Positions 8,894 to 19,272 are shown, counted from the first letter of the stretch. The stretch: 64,000 nt of DNA from Legionellales bacterium (GCA_002709565.1 PAPY01000040.1:2319-66318); one strand, 5' to 3'. The notes: a model not told the origin generated them from the letters alone. Numbers and translations: made by a program.

Positions 8894-10179
8894 CAGTGAT
8901 TGAAATGCAACGCTTGCTTTGGACTGAAGGGATCCCTTTAACGCAACAACATTTTCAATCCTGGGAAGCATTTCTGCTGGCGCAGACCACGATGATTCAG
9001 CGCATAACTCGCAATGTGCAATGGGGTATTGCTGAATTGGATGTCTGCCAACGACAACTCGGTGAAGGCAAACTACAATTGTTGCGTTGCTGTTGTATTT
9101 TCCCCAGTGGATTGATGGTGGAATATGATAGTCGCAATGATGGCCCATTGCCGTGTGATATTCGCCGTGATGACTATACGTCTCAAGCATTGTATCTCGC
9201 GGTGCCGACCAATAACTGTATACAAGGTATTGCTGGTTATCCTGAATTACAACAAACGCCCCGATGGCACTGTTATCATGGGGAGATTGCCGATGATTTT
9301 GATCCAAAGCGGCAAGCAAGACTCGCTTTCATCAAACCTAATCTGCAATTATTAACGGACTTGGATAATCTTGACGGCTTTGAAACCATCAAGATAGCCG
9401 AGTTTGGCAATGATGACAGCCAGCGTCAACGGTCTCACTACATTCCACCGTGTTTGTGTGTGGGTGCCAGTCAGTCACTACAAGATACCCTAAAAGATAT
9501 CAGTCAAACGATAAAGTCCTACTATGTTAATTTACAAGATAATGCCAAACCCATAGCAGCGCGGTTATTGGCACTAGTAGATCTGAGTATTGCTGACTAT
9601 AGCACTTCTCCCAAACATTTATTTCAGCAGTTGTGTTTAAGTTTACAAGAATTAATCGCGCTGTCAGATGCAGATGTCATGGATATATCATTAACATATC
9701 AGCATGAATCAATGTCGATAACTTTTGCTACATATCAACAGACGATTAATGACTTATTAAAGCGTTTAACCGTCATAGTTCAACAACGGCGCAGCCTAAT
9801 CCAAGTGTCGGGTAATTATTTTTGTTTGGATAAATTAAAAGAAATTGGCGGTGGGCAAATTGTGTTATCTTGTGAAAATAACGCAAGCTATTTGGGTTGG
9901 ACCCATAATTTTGTTCAACAAGTGAAAATCAGCACTCGCATTAAACTTGAAGGCATCATCGCGGCGGCGTTGCCAGGCATAGTTTTGAAGCATCTCAAAC
10001 AAAGACCAACTAAACATAAGTATGACGGACTTGTTGAATATTTTCTCCTGGACAAGACTAGTCCGGATTGGCAAGAAGCTGTCGCTGATAACAAGTTATA
10101 CCTATTCTTGCCACCGCAATTTGAACACTGCCATTTGGATATAGAAATTTATGATGAAGACACTAGAACAATGTTGTGA
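8890..10179 (+). CDS. tssK: T6SS baseplate-to-membrane connector TssK
   Basis: LLWTEGIPLTQQHFQ, WGI, IFPSG, YLAVP, YIPPCL, ALPGI. ATGA overlap with tssJ. Confidence 0.88.
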   Translation: MTVIEMQRLLWTEGIPLTQQHFQSWEAFLLAQTTMIQRITRNVQWGIAELDVCQRQLGEGKLQLLRCCCIFPSGLMVEYDSRNDGPLPCDIRRDDYTSQALYLAVPTNNCIQGIAGYPELQQTPRWHCYHGEIADDFDPKRQARLAFIKPNLQLLTDLDNLDGFETIKIAEFGNDDSQRQRSHYIPPCLCVGASQSLQDTLKDISQTIKSYYVNLQDNAKPIAARLLALVDLSIADYSTSPKHLFQQLCLSLQELIALSDADVMDISLTYQHESMSITFATYQQTINDLLKRLTVIVQQRRSLIQVSGNYFCLDKLKEIGGGQIVLSCENNASYLGWTHNFVQQVKISTRIKLEGIIAAALPGIVLKHLKQRPTKHKYDGLVEYFLLDKTSPDWQEAVADNKLYLFLPPQFEHCHLDIEIYDEDTRTML

Positions 10180-10819
10180 GCCGGTATTTGATGCCGTGGT
10201 TGGGATACTACAAAATACCCTACAGGATGAAGCCGCTCTGCTACGCAAACATATGATTAAAGTGCTAGCAAGCTTTGAGGCCAGTGCTACTCAGGCAGGT
10301 CATGACAGTGCGAGTATTGGTGCGGCGAAATTAGCGCTGGTCGCCCTGATTGATGAAACAGTCATGCAAGAACAAAGTGACAGGAAAGTCGAATGGTCCA
10401 GACAATTATTGCAAGTGAAGTATTTTTCGCACCATTTGGCCGGTGAGACGTTCTATGATAATTTGCGCGAACTGCAGCAGGCCCCCTATCAACACATCGA
10501 TGTTATCACCGTGTACTACCTGTGCTTAGGCTTGGGATTTCATGGCAAATATGTCAATGATGTCGACAAAGTAAAGTCCATCAAATATAGCCTTGAACGC
10601 CAAATCAGCACTATTAGCCAATTGAAGAGTGACGGCAATTATCATATTAGCCAGGCCAGTCAAGCAACATTGACTAGCAAATTGATGAGACTGCCTTGGT
10701 GGGCTATGTTGGGCGTAACCGCAGGGATATTATTGAGTATTTATTTGGGCTACTCATTCGCTATCGATATAACCAGCCATCACTTACAACAAAAACTTCA
10801 CCATGTGAGGCAATACTAA
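10151..10819 (+). CDS. tssL: TssL/DotU family inner-membrane protein
   Basis: AKLALVALIDE, W...LQVKYF...AGETFY, VYYLCLGLGFHGKY, C-terminal TM. Confidence 0.9.
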   Translation: MMKTLEQCCEPVFDAVVGILQNTLQDEAALLRKHMIKVLASFEASATQAGHDSASIGAAKLALVALIDETVMQEQSDRKVEWSRQLLQVKYFSHHLAGETFYDNLRELQQAPYQHIDVITVYYLCLGLGFHGKYVNDVDKVKSIKYSLERQISTISQLKSDGNYHISQASQATLTSKLMRLPWWAMLGVTAGILLSIYLGYSFAIDITSHHLQQKLHHVRQY

Positions 10820-13800
10820 TGCAAACACCGTCTGTTTCTATTATTCAATTTCTAAAATTTGCTAGTATTAAACTAATAAATGCTCTACCCCGTCGACTAT
10901 TGATTGTGGGTGGTGGTCTACTCGTGGTGGGTGCCATGCTCGCCTGGTTAGCACCACTGTTGGGTATTGATAGTTGGTGGTTGCGGAGCTTTATCGTTAT
11001 CGTGCCATTGATAATTGGTATCCTATGGCGCATGCACAGCATAATTCACGCGTGGCTGCAGAATAATAAACTTTCACAAACATTCTTTAATCCCAGTGTG
11101 CAGGGTGATAATCTCGGCAAACAACTGGAACTAAATCTCCTAAAAGAAAAACTACAACACGCCGTCAAGACGGTACAGCGTAATCAACGGGGTTTTTGGC
11201 AACGACAAGCCGCTTTGTATCAGCTCCCTTGGTATGTCTTGATTGGCCCGTCTGCTGCGGGTAAGAGTAGTCTTTTGCGCCACTCTGATCTCAACTTTCC
11301 ATTAGCTAATACTGACGATATACGGGTGCAAGGCTATGGCGGTACTCGTAACTGTGATTGGTGGTTTGCGGATGAAGGGATCATTCTCGATACCGCAGGA
11401 CGTTATACCACAGCAACCGAAGATGAGGCTGAATGGTTGCGGTTTTTGGGGTTGCTGAAACGTTACCGGCCAAAATATCCATTAAACGGTATTCTCATTA
11501 CTCTGAGCTTGCCCGAATTATGTGAGGGCGACAAACAAGACTTACAACGTCATGTCACCGTCATCAGCCAGCGTATTAATGAAATATTTACCCGTCTTGG
11601 TTATGTTGTCCCGGTGACGATTATTTTGAGCAAAATAGATTTGTTGCCGGGTTTTGATGCTTTTGCAAAAGACTTGTCGGCTGAGTCAGCCAATGCACCA
11701 TTCGGTGTAGATTTGTCGGCAACGGATGTTGATAGTTCAGCTGCCCTACAAGCGGGTTTCGACGAACTGCGAGAGACGTTGTTTGCCAAACAACTGCAAA
11801 CGTTTGCGCACCATGATTCGCCTACCTTTAACAGTAGGGTATATCTGTTTAATCAAGCTTTCACTAAAGCAGCAACGCAGGTATCAGCCTTAGTCGAGTT
11901 ATTAATCACCGACTCTCCCTATCGCAAAAGTTTTCATTGCCAAGGGGTATATTTCACCAGTAGTTTGCAAGACTGTACAGACGAAAGTAACAGCCGTAGT
12001 TATTTTGTCAAAAATTTATTTTATCGTGTTATCCTGCCACATCAGCATGCTATCATCCCAACCCCTGAACAACGTAGACGTCAACAAACAGTCAATACAA
12101 CTGTTGCCTTTTTGTGCCTTGGCAGCATTATCGCAACAGCATGGCTCTATCACAGCGCATATCATTATAACAAACATCAATTACAACAGTTCGCGTTGGC
12201 AGGTAAACAACTCAGTGCTGAATTGTTACAGTCTGGTATTAACCAACAAACTTTTGTGGATATGATTGCATTAGCTGAACAACAACAGGCAGCAATCTCC
12301 AAGCACAAAACGCCGTGGCACTTACGACTAGGATTAAATCGACAATCTGCAATGGCGCTGTCATTAGAGCAGTTATTACAACGTATCGTGCGACATTACT
12401 ACCAACCCACGTCTATGCCAGCGCTGGCCTCCCAGTTACAACACTACCATACCCAGTGGCAACAACTGAACAAAATGGAACAACAACGCCTTCGAGGGGA
12501 ATATTACATAACCCTCAAAGCCTATTTGATGTTGGCAGATCCAGGTAACATGCGGGCAGACGCCATTGCTCCATTGTTGGTTCAGCATTGGCAACACACT
12601 GTCGGAATCCCGCGATTATCCAAACAACAAAAGACAGTGCTAGAAACACTGATGGGAAATTATTTAACCGTATATGGAGAGCAGAACCACTCACAGCCGA
12701 TAAATAATCAACTTGTTGATAGTGCTCGTAAGCAATTAGCCACAGGAACGAGTGCCAGTAATATCTATGCGGCGCTTAAACAACATTTACAACAGACAGC
12801 TTCGACTCTTAGTTTGCAACAAGTACTGGGTGCGCCCGCGCAACCGTTGTCAACGGCCATGGGGTTGCCGACCATGTATACCAAGAAGGGTTTTGATAAC
12901 AGTGTTCTGCCGGCAATTAAACAGCTTGCTGCGACTAGCAAGACCGATGCTTGGGTGATGGGAATTGCTGATGATAGTCATCATCGTCATGCCCATCTCG
13001 ATGATGAATTATTGCAAGCCTATTATGCTGATTCCCAAGATCAATGGCGCTATTGGCTAGGAACAATTCATATTCAGCCCTTTAGTACGGCGCTCGATGC
13101 GAGTCAACAATTGCATCGCTTGGCGAAGGCTAATGGTCCATTAGCCCATTTGTTAACGGCTATTGATACCAATCTTGGATTTACAATGCTGAATTATCAA
13201 CCCACAAAGTCTCTCCAGCAAGCGCTAATGCCTGCGCTGATGCATTTGGCTGATCCTATCGATGAGGCAGCCATTAAAGTGAATAGTAACAAACAGCGTT
13301 TTACCGCAGCGCAAGCGTTATTAACCGATAAAGGCGATCCCAGTAATCTTAGTACGACGCTAGCTACGGTGAATCAGCAACTGCAGGGACTCACTGATCC
13401 CAGTCAACAAGCCCTGTTGCGTCCCCTATTCTACTTGCCGCTAAAAACTACCTGGGAATATTATTTACAAGGCGCAGGGGAGTATTTACAACAGCGATGG
13501 CAACAAACCCTATTCCCTGTTTATCAAACTACGATTGCGGGTAAATTTCCCTTCGCTCACCATGGTCAAATAGCCTATCCAGAAGACATCGACAGCTTTT
13601 TTGCTCCCAGCAACGGTATCTTTTGGCAGTTTGTGCAAACTGAACTTGCAGGGTTTATCGAGCGAGGAGACCAACACTGGGTGACGCAACAATGGTTAGA
13701 TGAGGGGCTTCAATTATCCTCATCATTCATGGCGAGTCTTAATCGTGCATCTTACTGGACTCAGCATCTCTACGGTATTGATCCCCAGCATTTACGCACC

Positions 13801-14193
13801 CAGTTTGCTGTCTATCCCACCCCAACCCGTAATGTGAGTTCTGCAGAGCTTAGGATCTGTGACAAACATATTCATTATGCCAATGGCCCACAACAATGGC
13901 ACCAAGTACAATGTCCTAACCAAGGGATCAATGATAGCAGCGTGTTGACAGTGACTGACAGTAACGGGCGTAGCTATCAAAGCACAGTTTATTCAGGCAG
14001 TTGGGGCTTTTTGCAATTATTACAAACTGCTACTCTTGAGCGTCTGTCGCCTATCAGTTATCGACTGCATTGGCAATTGCAGCAACCATCAGGTAACAAA
14101 GTTATTCTCGAGTCATTATTACAAGATCCACAAAAGAGTCTTACGATGTTACTTCAGCCGCAGATCCAATTGCCCCGGCGGATGATACAATAA
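10819..14193 (+). CDS. tssM: TssM/IcmF family membrane-complex protein
   Basis: LYQLPWYVLIGPSAAGKSSLL (Walker A), GGTRNCDWWF, LDTAGRY, PLNGIL, GVYFTS, LKAYLML, GKFPF, GSWGFLQL. TAATG overlap with tssL gives the start at 10819. Confidence 0.93.
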   Translation: MQTPSVSIIQFLKFASIKLINALPRRLLIVGGGLLVVGAMLAWLAPLLGIDSWWLRSFIVIVPLIIGILWRMHSIIHAWLQNNKLSQTFFNPSVQGDNLGKQLELNLLKEKLQHAVKTVQRNQRGFWQRQAALYQLPWYVLIGPSAAGKSSLLRHSDLNFPLANTDDIRVQGYGGTRNCDWWFADEGIILDTAGRYTTATEDEAEWLRFLGLLKRYRPKYPLNGILITLSLPELCEGDKQDLQRHVTVISQRINEIFTRLGYVVPVTIILSKIDLLPGFDAFAKDLSAESANAPFGVDLSATDVDSSAALQAGFDELRETLFAKQLQTFAHHDSPTFNSRVYLFNQAFTKAATQVSALVELLITDSPYRKSFHCQGVYFTSSLQDCTDESNSRSYFVKNLFYRVILPHQHAIIPTPEQRRRQQTVNTTVAFLCLGSIIATAWLYHSAYHYNKHQLQQFALAGKQLSAELLQSGINQQTFVDMIALAEQQQAAISKHKTPWHLRLGLNRQSAMALSLEQLLQRIVRHYYQPTSMPALASQLQHYHTQWQQLNKMEQQRLRGEYYITLKAYLMLADPGNMRADAIAPLLVQHWQHTVGIPRLSKQQKTVLETLMGNYLTVYGEQNHSQPINNQLVDSARKQLATGTSASNIYAALKQHLQQTASTLSLQQVLGAPAQPLSTAMGLPTMYTKKGFDNSVLPAIKQLAATSKTDAWVMGIADDSHHRHAHLDDELLQAYYADSQDQWRYWLGTIHIQPFSTALDASQQLHRLAKANGPLAHLLTAIDTNLGFTMLNYQPTKSLQQALMPALMHLADPIDEAAIKVNSNKQRFTAAQALLTDKGDPSNLSTTLATVNQQLQGLTDPSQQALLRPLFYLPLKTTWEYYLQGAGEYLQQRWQQTLFPVYQTTIAGKFPFAHHGQIAYPEDIDSFFAPSNGIFWQFVQTELAGFIERGDQHWVTQQWLDEGLQLSSSFMASLNRASYWTQHLYGIDPQHLRTQFAVYPTPTRNVSSAELRICDKHIHYANGPQQWHQVQCPNQGINDSSVLTVTDSNGRSYQSTVYSGSWGFLQLLQTATLERLSPISYRLHWQLQQPSGNKVILESLLQDPQKSLTMLLQPQIQLPRRMIQ

Positions 14194-15096
14194 ATGGGGA
14201 TCATCACACAGTTATACCGTTATTTAGCGACCACGCCAGATAGGTACAGTTGTTTTGGTAAGCGAGCGACGGATGTGGAGTTTGTGCAGTTTGGCGAACG
14301 ATTTCCCGAGGCTCAGTGCCTTGATAGCTTGATTCAATCATTGTTTCAACGTCTGTGTGCTAACCGTTCAGCTACATCACTACAGGATTTTGGTGAGTTT
14401 CATTTTATTAGTCAAACTCCTCAGGGGATCTGTCTCGGCAAAGTCATCCCTAGCGCAGACAAGTCTGGACGCGAATATCCTTTAGCCGTGATTGTGAAGA
14501 GCCAGCAACAACACTATCAACAGCAAATATTTTTGCTACCGTATCGATATCACGAGCTATATGATCTGTCACTAAATTCCGAGCCTGGATCACTGCCGCA
14601 ACGCATCGAAGCAACGCTTGCTAATGTGCCAGATAAAGCCACTGTGTTATCGACCTGTCTTAGCGATTTGCGCTCACTCAGTGTAGGAGATTATCTAACA
14701 GCTTGTCCTTTTCAAGCCAGCGAAACTGGATTCATAGCAGTCTTATCAGGTAACATAAAAAAAATTTTAGCTAATGATCCCCTTTGCTTACCATTGCCGA
14801 ATGATCAAACCGTTACCGCCAGTGTTGCATTTTGGCTTTATTGCTTTAGTCATTCAATGACGGGTGATACGGTGCAGGTGATTTGGCGGCGTCCACCTAA
14901 TGCAAGCGCGGCCTGGCTTTATCTATGGCAATCGCCGGTGACGGCAGAAAGATTCAGTGAACTACTGGTAGAACAATATGCCCTGAGTCAGCTAGTCTGT
15001 ACAGACACAGTGACCACTATTGATGAAGCAAGACACAGAAGTTTATTTAGTCTATTAGAAGATCAATCTAGCTTTTCGCACCAGAGCTATTTTTGA
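14194..15096 (+). CDS. tagF: TagF/ImpM-like T6SS-associated protein
   Basis: FGK...EFV and PSADKSGREYPL motifs, positioned directly after tssM. Confidence 0.78.
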   Translation: MGIITQLYRYLATTPDRYSCFGKRATDVEFVQFGERFPEAQCLDSLIQSLFQRLCANRSATSLQDFGEFHFISQTPQGICLGKVIPSADKSGREYPLAVIVKSQQQHYQQQIFLLPYRYHELYDLSLNSEPGSLPQRIEATLANVPDKATVLSTCLSDLRSLSVGDYLTACPFQASETGFIAVLSGNIKKILANDPLCLPLPNDQTVTASVAFWLYCFSHSMTGDTVQVIWRRPPNASAAWLYLWQSPVTAERFSELLVEQYALSQLVCTDTVTTIDEARHRSLFSLLEDQSSFSHQSYF

Positions 15097-15135
15097 TGCA
15101 GAAAAGGGTAAAAAATTAACGAAAAAGCGGAATGT
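15071..15135 (-). repeat. Half copy of repeat family B overlapping the tagF stop codon
   Basis: Near-identical reverse complement of 24661-24724. Confidence 0.88.
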
Positions 15136-15139
15136 CGGA

Positions 15140-15415
15140 TCAATGGGTCGAAAAATCGGAATAATGCATCCAATCCATGGCTGCGCTGGTCACATCGGTG
15201 ACTTCAGCCCGTTCAGGTCCCTGCCAAAGCCATTTTTCGAGTGTATCAATTGCTGCATCATCACCACAGGCCACTACTTCAACGCGACCATCGGCAAGGT
15301 TTTTGGCGTAACCCGTGATCCCGAGTTTGTCTGCTTGGGCTTGAGTATTGGCCCGGTACCACACTCCTTGCACATGACCACTGACCCAGAATTTTTTACA
15401 CACTTGTGCCATCAC
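15140..15415 (-). CDS. acyP: Acylphosphatase
   Basis: VSGHVQGVWYR, GYAKNLADGRVEV, WLWQGP. Confidence 0.95.
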   Translation of the reverse strand: MMAQVCKKFWVSGHVQGVWYRANTQAQADKLGITGYAKNLADGRVEVVACGDDAAIDTLEKWLWQGPERAEVTDVTSAAMDWMHYSDFSTH

Positions 15416-15894
15416 GAGGCCTTTTGGTGGGGTTTTAGGTGCATGAATTCTGCTAATTGATCAGCCGTCTGCAAACCGTAAAGTTTTGCTACTAATTGTC
15501 GCTGCGGTGAGAAGACAAAGGTTGCGGGCATGTGATCGACTTCGCCAACGCCCAGTCTGTCGCCAGGATTATTGGCCAGTAATACATAATCGATATGTTT
15601 GCGGGTGGCGAACTCTGCCATCGCGAGGCGTGCCATGCCATCAGGGTTGACGCCGAGCACGGCAACGTCGTCACCGTAGTTATGGGTCAGGGTATTTAAT
15701 TCGTCGATTTCTTGATAACAGGATTTACACCACCATGACCAGTAATTCACAACTAACCATTTGCCATGGTATTGGGAGAAACGCACAGACTTGCCATTGC
15801 TGTCGATGCCATCAGGGCTACAAGCGGTAAGAATACTACAAATAAGTAAAATGAAACTGCAATGAAGTAATCGTGTCACGGTCCTTGTCCCCAA
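15412..15894 (-). CDS. TlpA/ResA-like thioredoxin lipoprotein
   Basis: Lipobox LTAC, GKWLVVNYWSWWCKSC, MPATF. Confidence 0.88.
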   Translation of the reverse strand: MGTRTVTRLLHCSFILLICSILTACSPDGIDSNGKSVRFSQYHGKWLVVNYWSWWCKSCYQEIDELNTLTHNYGDDVAVLGVNPDGMARLAMAEFATRKHIDYVLLANNPGDRLGVGEVDHMPATFVFSPQRQLVAKLYGLQTADQLAEFMHLKPHQKAS

Positions 15895-15937
15895 GCTATC
15901 GACTCAGGTTTTACTTTGGCAGAAATAATAGAATAAA

Positions 15938-17455
15938 TCAATCAGACTTGGGTTTGAAAGCGCTGAATTGCTCAGCAACTTTTTCACACACCGCTTCCCA
16001 GGTGCCGAGTTCTGCTTGGCGGAATAATTCCATACTGGGGTACCAGGTGGTTTTGTTACCGGCATTGCTCCATAACCAATCGTGTTGCCAAGGTAGCAGG
16101 TTCCACACGGGGATGTTTAACGCTCCCGCTAAATGGGCAATATACGAATCCACACAAATGATTAAATCCATCCGGGTCATGGCTGCCGCGACATCAGCAA
16201 TATCAGTAAAGTGTTCACTGAGATCATGGATTTGAGAGTCTTGTTTTAAGCCATCAGCAATAGCATTGTTGGGCTGCAGACTGTAGATGCGGGTATTCTT
16301 GCGCGACGTTAGAGTGTCTAATGCAGCCAGTGGACAATGGGCTGTACTTTGTAAATCAGCACTGTGTTTGCTGTACCAGAAAAAACCCACTGTCGTTGTT
16401 TTTTTGTCAGTTTTAATGAGTGCCTCCCACGGTTTGATAATGTCTTTGTCGAGTTTGAAATAGGGTACTTTGTGGGGAATTTTTTTGAGGTTTGGTACAA
16501 ACAATTCACCAAAGTCTTGAATGGGAATGTGCATATCGAATTTCGGTTTGCGTTTGCCATGTACAATGACTTTGTCGACATCTTTGTGTTGTTCAAATAA
16601 ACGCACAAGCTCTGGTTGTGCGTTAACAATAATAGTAGCATCTTTGTGTTTGATACTATCGATAAAACGAGCAAACAAAATACTATGCCCGAATGAAACT
16701 TCATTATTAATAAGTAATGTCTCGCCTTTTTTGAGGGGTTTGCCGTCAAAATGTTTTTTGCGGCTAGTAATTTTGAGTGATTTATACAGAGGTAACTTCA
16801 GTCGCCATTGGTATTCTGACCAGGCTTCATCGGTCATTGCCGCACGCAACAAAAACAAGCTGTGATCAAAATGCGGTTGTGGTTCTTTCTTATTAAGACT
16901 AATAGCCGCTTCATAATAGTACTTAGCGTCATCAATACGATTTTGCACAATAAAGACTTGAGCAAGTTTGGTATAGGCCGGCAAATAATCAGGATCGTTA
17001 TTAATGGCTTGTTGGAAATAGCTGGCAGCTTCGGCGAATAGGCCTTTGTCCGCCATCAATAAACCCACATTATAATAGGTCACAGGACAATCGCCATTGA
17101 GACTCAAGGCTCGTTGCAATTGATCGATAGCTTCATCGAGGCGAGCTTGTTGTTTTAAGACTAAACCCAAATTATAAAACAAGGTCGGGTTGTCGGGATT
17201 AAGTTCGGTGGCAGCACTGAGTAATTCCTCGGCCCGCTCTGTTTGACCACTACGCTGGGCGATGATGCCCATTAAGTTTAATACTTCCCAGCGGTCGGGA
17301 TTATTCAGTAATAAGCTTTTGCAAAACTCAATACAGTCTTTGATTTGACCTTCCTCAAAGAGCTTCTTTGCCAGTATATGATGGGTGCTGCTATGGGCAC
17401 CAATCACATGCTGTAGCTGGGGGGTGGCTTTGCTGGCTTTTGCTGCTTTTGTCAT
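15938..17455 (-). CDS. TPR-repeat protein with C-terminal glycosyltransferase (GT9-like) domain
   Basis: About six TPR units, then YQWR and MDLIICVDSYIAHLAGAL...WYPSMELFRQ. Confidence 0.85.
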   Translation of the reverse strand: MTKAAKASKATPQLQHVIGAHSSTHHILAKKLFEEGQIKDCIEFCKSLLLNNPDRWEVLNLMGIIAQRSGQTERAEELLSAATELNPDNPTLFYNLGLVLKQQARLDEAIDQLQRALSLNGDCPVTYYNVGLLMADKGLFAEAASYFQQAINNDPDYLPAYTKLAQVFIVQNRIDDAKYYYEAAISLNKKEPQPHFDHSLFLLRAAMTDEAWSEYQWRLKLPLYKSLKITSRKKHFDGKPLKKGETLLINNEVSFGHSILFARFIDSIKHKDATIIVNAQPELVRLFEQHKDVDKVIVHGKRKPKFDMHIPIQDFGELFVPNLKKIPHKVPYFKLDKDIIKPWEALIKTDKKTTTVGFFWYSKHSADLQSTAHCPLAALDTLTSRKNTRIYSLQPNNAIADGLKQDSQIHDLSEHFTDIADVAAAMTRMDLIICVDSYIAHLAGALNIPVWNLLPWQHDWLWSNAGNKTTWYPSMELFRQAELGTWEAVCEKVAEQFSAFKPKSD

Positions 17456-17531
17456 TGCTCTCTCGGGCTATTCATAGAATACAGAGTGCTCCATAATAAT
17501 AGGACGCACTCCTGTCAGTATAGACTATTGA

Positions 17532-18182
17532 TTATGCGGTGGTAGCTACCATTTCCCGTTTTAGATCCTGCAAGATCCCTTCTGCTGGGGCGTTGCTGTG
17601 GTAGGCATAGATAAGCGCCCCCTGGGGGTTGACCAAATACAGAACAGGCCGATTATCCGCTCGGACCAACTCTGGCACGAGTTGGTTGAATTCATTGAAT
17701 TCCGATGGGGTTAAGGTGGCATATTGGGCCGTGGGGTATTGGCTCTCCACCAGTTGGTAAATAGGGTTATCGGTTTCTTTGGGCAAGCTGACCACTAATC
17801 GGGCAACCCGATTGCCTTGGCTTTTGAGACCGGTGCGGACCTGGCCCATTTTGTATACAGTATCAATGCACGCTTCCCGGCAAGCCACAGGCGTCATATA
17901 AAGTAAAATCCAACGGCCGCGATAATGGGAAAAGCTTAACGGTGAGCCATCGGCACCAATCATTTGAATTGTGTCTAGAGATACTGGTGGCATGATAGCG
18001 GTACCAACATTGAGACCAGATTCCTGCCAAATGCCACGATTGCTGTAGACTGCGATAGCGATCATGACAGGGGCTAAAAACATCAAAAAAATCATCAGCC
18101 GCGTGCGCTGCTTTTGTTTCTTCTCGAGTTCCGGGCGTTCTTCGACTTTGGTAATTTTAATTCTAGCTTCTTCGCTCATCAA
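17532..18182 (-). CDS. Membrane-anchored SCO/thioredoxin-like protein of cytochrome oxidase loci
   Basis: N-terminal TM, GRWILLY...CREAC, LYLVNPQG. Lies downstream of subunit III. Confidence 0.7.
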   Translation of the reverse strand: MMSEEARIKITKVEERPELEKKQKQRTRLMIFLMFLAPVMIAIAVYSNRGIWQESGLNVGTAIMPPVSLDTIQMIGADGSPLSFSHYRGRWILLYMTPVACREACIDTVYKMGQVRTGLKSQGNRVARLVVSLPKETDNPIYQLVESQYPTAQYATLTPSEFNEFNQLVPELVRADNRPVLYLVNPQGALIYAYHSNAPAEGILQDLKREMVATTA

Positions 18183-18249
18183 GCGGATGATCCTTTTGCT
18201 GCATTAAGTGACTAAGCATAAACCATTTGGTTTGTTTTTCAATAGTCGC

Positions 18250-19119
18250 TTATAGCCAATAAACGAACACGAACAAAAACAACCATACCACATCGACAAA
18301 GTGCCAATACCAAGCAGAAGCTTCGAAAGCAAAATGGTGCTCTTCGTCAAAATGTCCGCGCAAACAGCGGGCTAAAATAACCATCAACATGATGAGACCA
18401 ATAGTGACGTGAGCACCGTGAAAGCCCGTCAGCATGAAGAATGTTGTGCCGTAAATGCCGGAACTCAAGGTCAAACCGTAGTGATGATGGGCTAAGATAT
18501 ATTCATAAACTTGGCAACCCAGGAATGTCAGTCCCAACACGATAGTCAGGGTCAGGCCAAAGATCATGACTTCGCGTTTGCGGTTTTTCAAAGCCCAATG
18601 GGCCCAGGTTAAAGTCACGGCACTGCTTAATAACAATACAGTATTTAACGCAGGGATCCCCCACGCACCGATGACTTTATCGGGACCGGGAAATAATTCA
18701 GGATTAGGATTTTTGAACAATGGCCATGTTGCTTGGAAGTGGGGCCAGAGCAAGGCATGGGTGGCATCGCCATGGCCTAAACCACCGAGCCAGGGCACGG
18801 CATAGACCCGCGCATAGAATAACGCACCAAAAAAGGCCGCAAAAAACATCACCTCTGAGAAAATAAACCATATCATCCCCCACCGGTAAGAACGCGCCAC
18901 CATGGGACTGTGTAAACCTTGTTGAGCTTCGGCAATACTGTTAGCAAACCAACCAAACATCACGCCGACGATCAATAATGATCCCGGCAAGAACATGCCC
19001 CAGCCAGTATTGTTGTTGCCATGGAGCAAATTCACCGTACCAGCGGCGAAGAAGAATAAGCCAATTGCGCCAATGATGGGCCAGTAACTGGTGGCGGGGA
19101 CATAATATCTGGGGGTCAT
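18250..19119 (-). CDS. coxC: Cytochrome c oxidase subunit III
   Basis: WFIFSEVMFFAAFF, NTVLLLSS, FFMLTGFHGAHV, WYWHFVDVVW. Confidence 0.96.
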   Translation of the reverse strand: MTPRYYVPATSYWPIIGAIGLFFFAAGTVNLLHGNNNTGWGMFLPGSLLIVGVMFGWFANSIAEAQQGLHSPMVARSYRWGMIWFIFSEVMFFAAFFGALFYARVYAVPWLGGLGHGDATHALLWPHFQATWPLFKNPNPELFPGPDKVIGAWGIPALNTVLLLSSAVTLTWAHWALKNRKREVMIFGLTLTIVLGLTFLGCQVYEYILAHHHYGLTLSSGIYGTTFFMLTGFHGAHVTIGLIMLMVILARCLRGHFDEEHHFAFEASAWYWHFVDVVWLFLFVFVYWL

Positions 19120-19272
19120 GAAGCATCCTTTGCTGTAAAAGTCCGCGATTTATTAAGCCTACATCTATGATAGACTTCTCGCAACAGTAGGGCTTATGTA
19201 AAACGCGCTTTGCATCGTTTTCCAAAAGCCCTACAAACGCCTAAGTTTTAATTTGTAATAAGAGGGTTATTC

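Noticed and set aside
10696-10818. N-terminal extension of TssM in the ORF track
   Set aside because: It overlaps tssL. The TAATG coupling at 10817-10821 gives a more plausible start.
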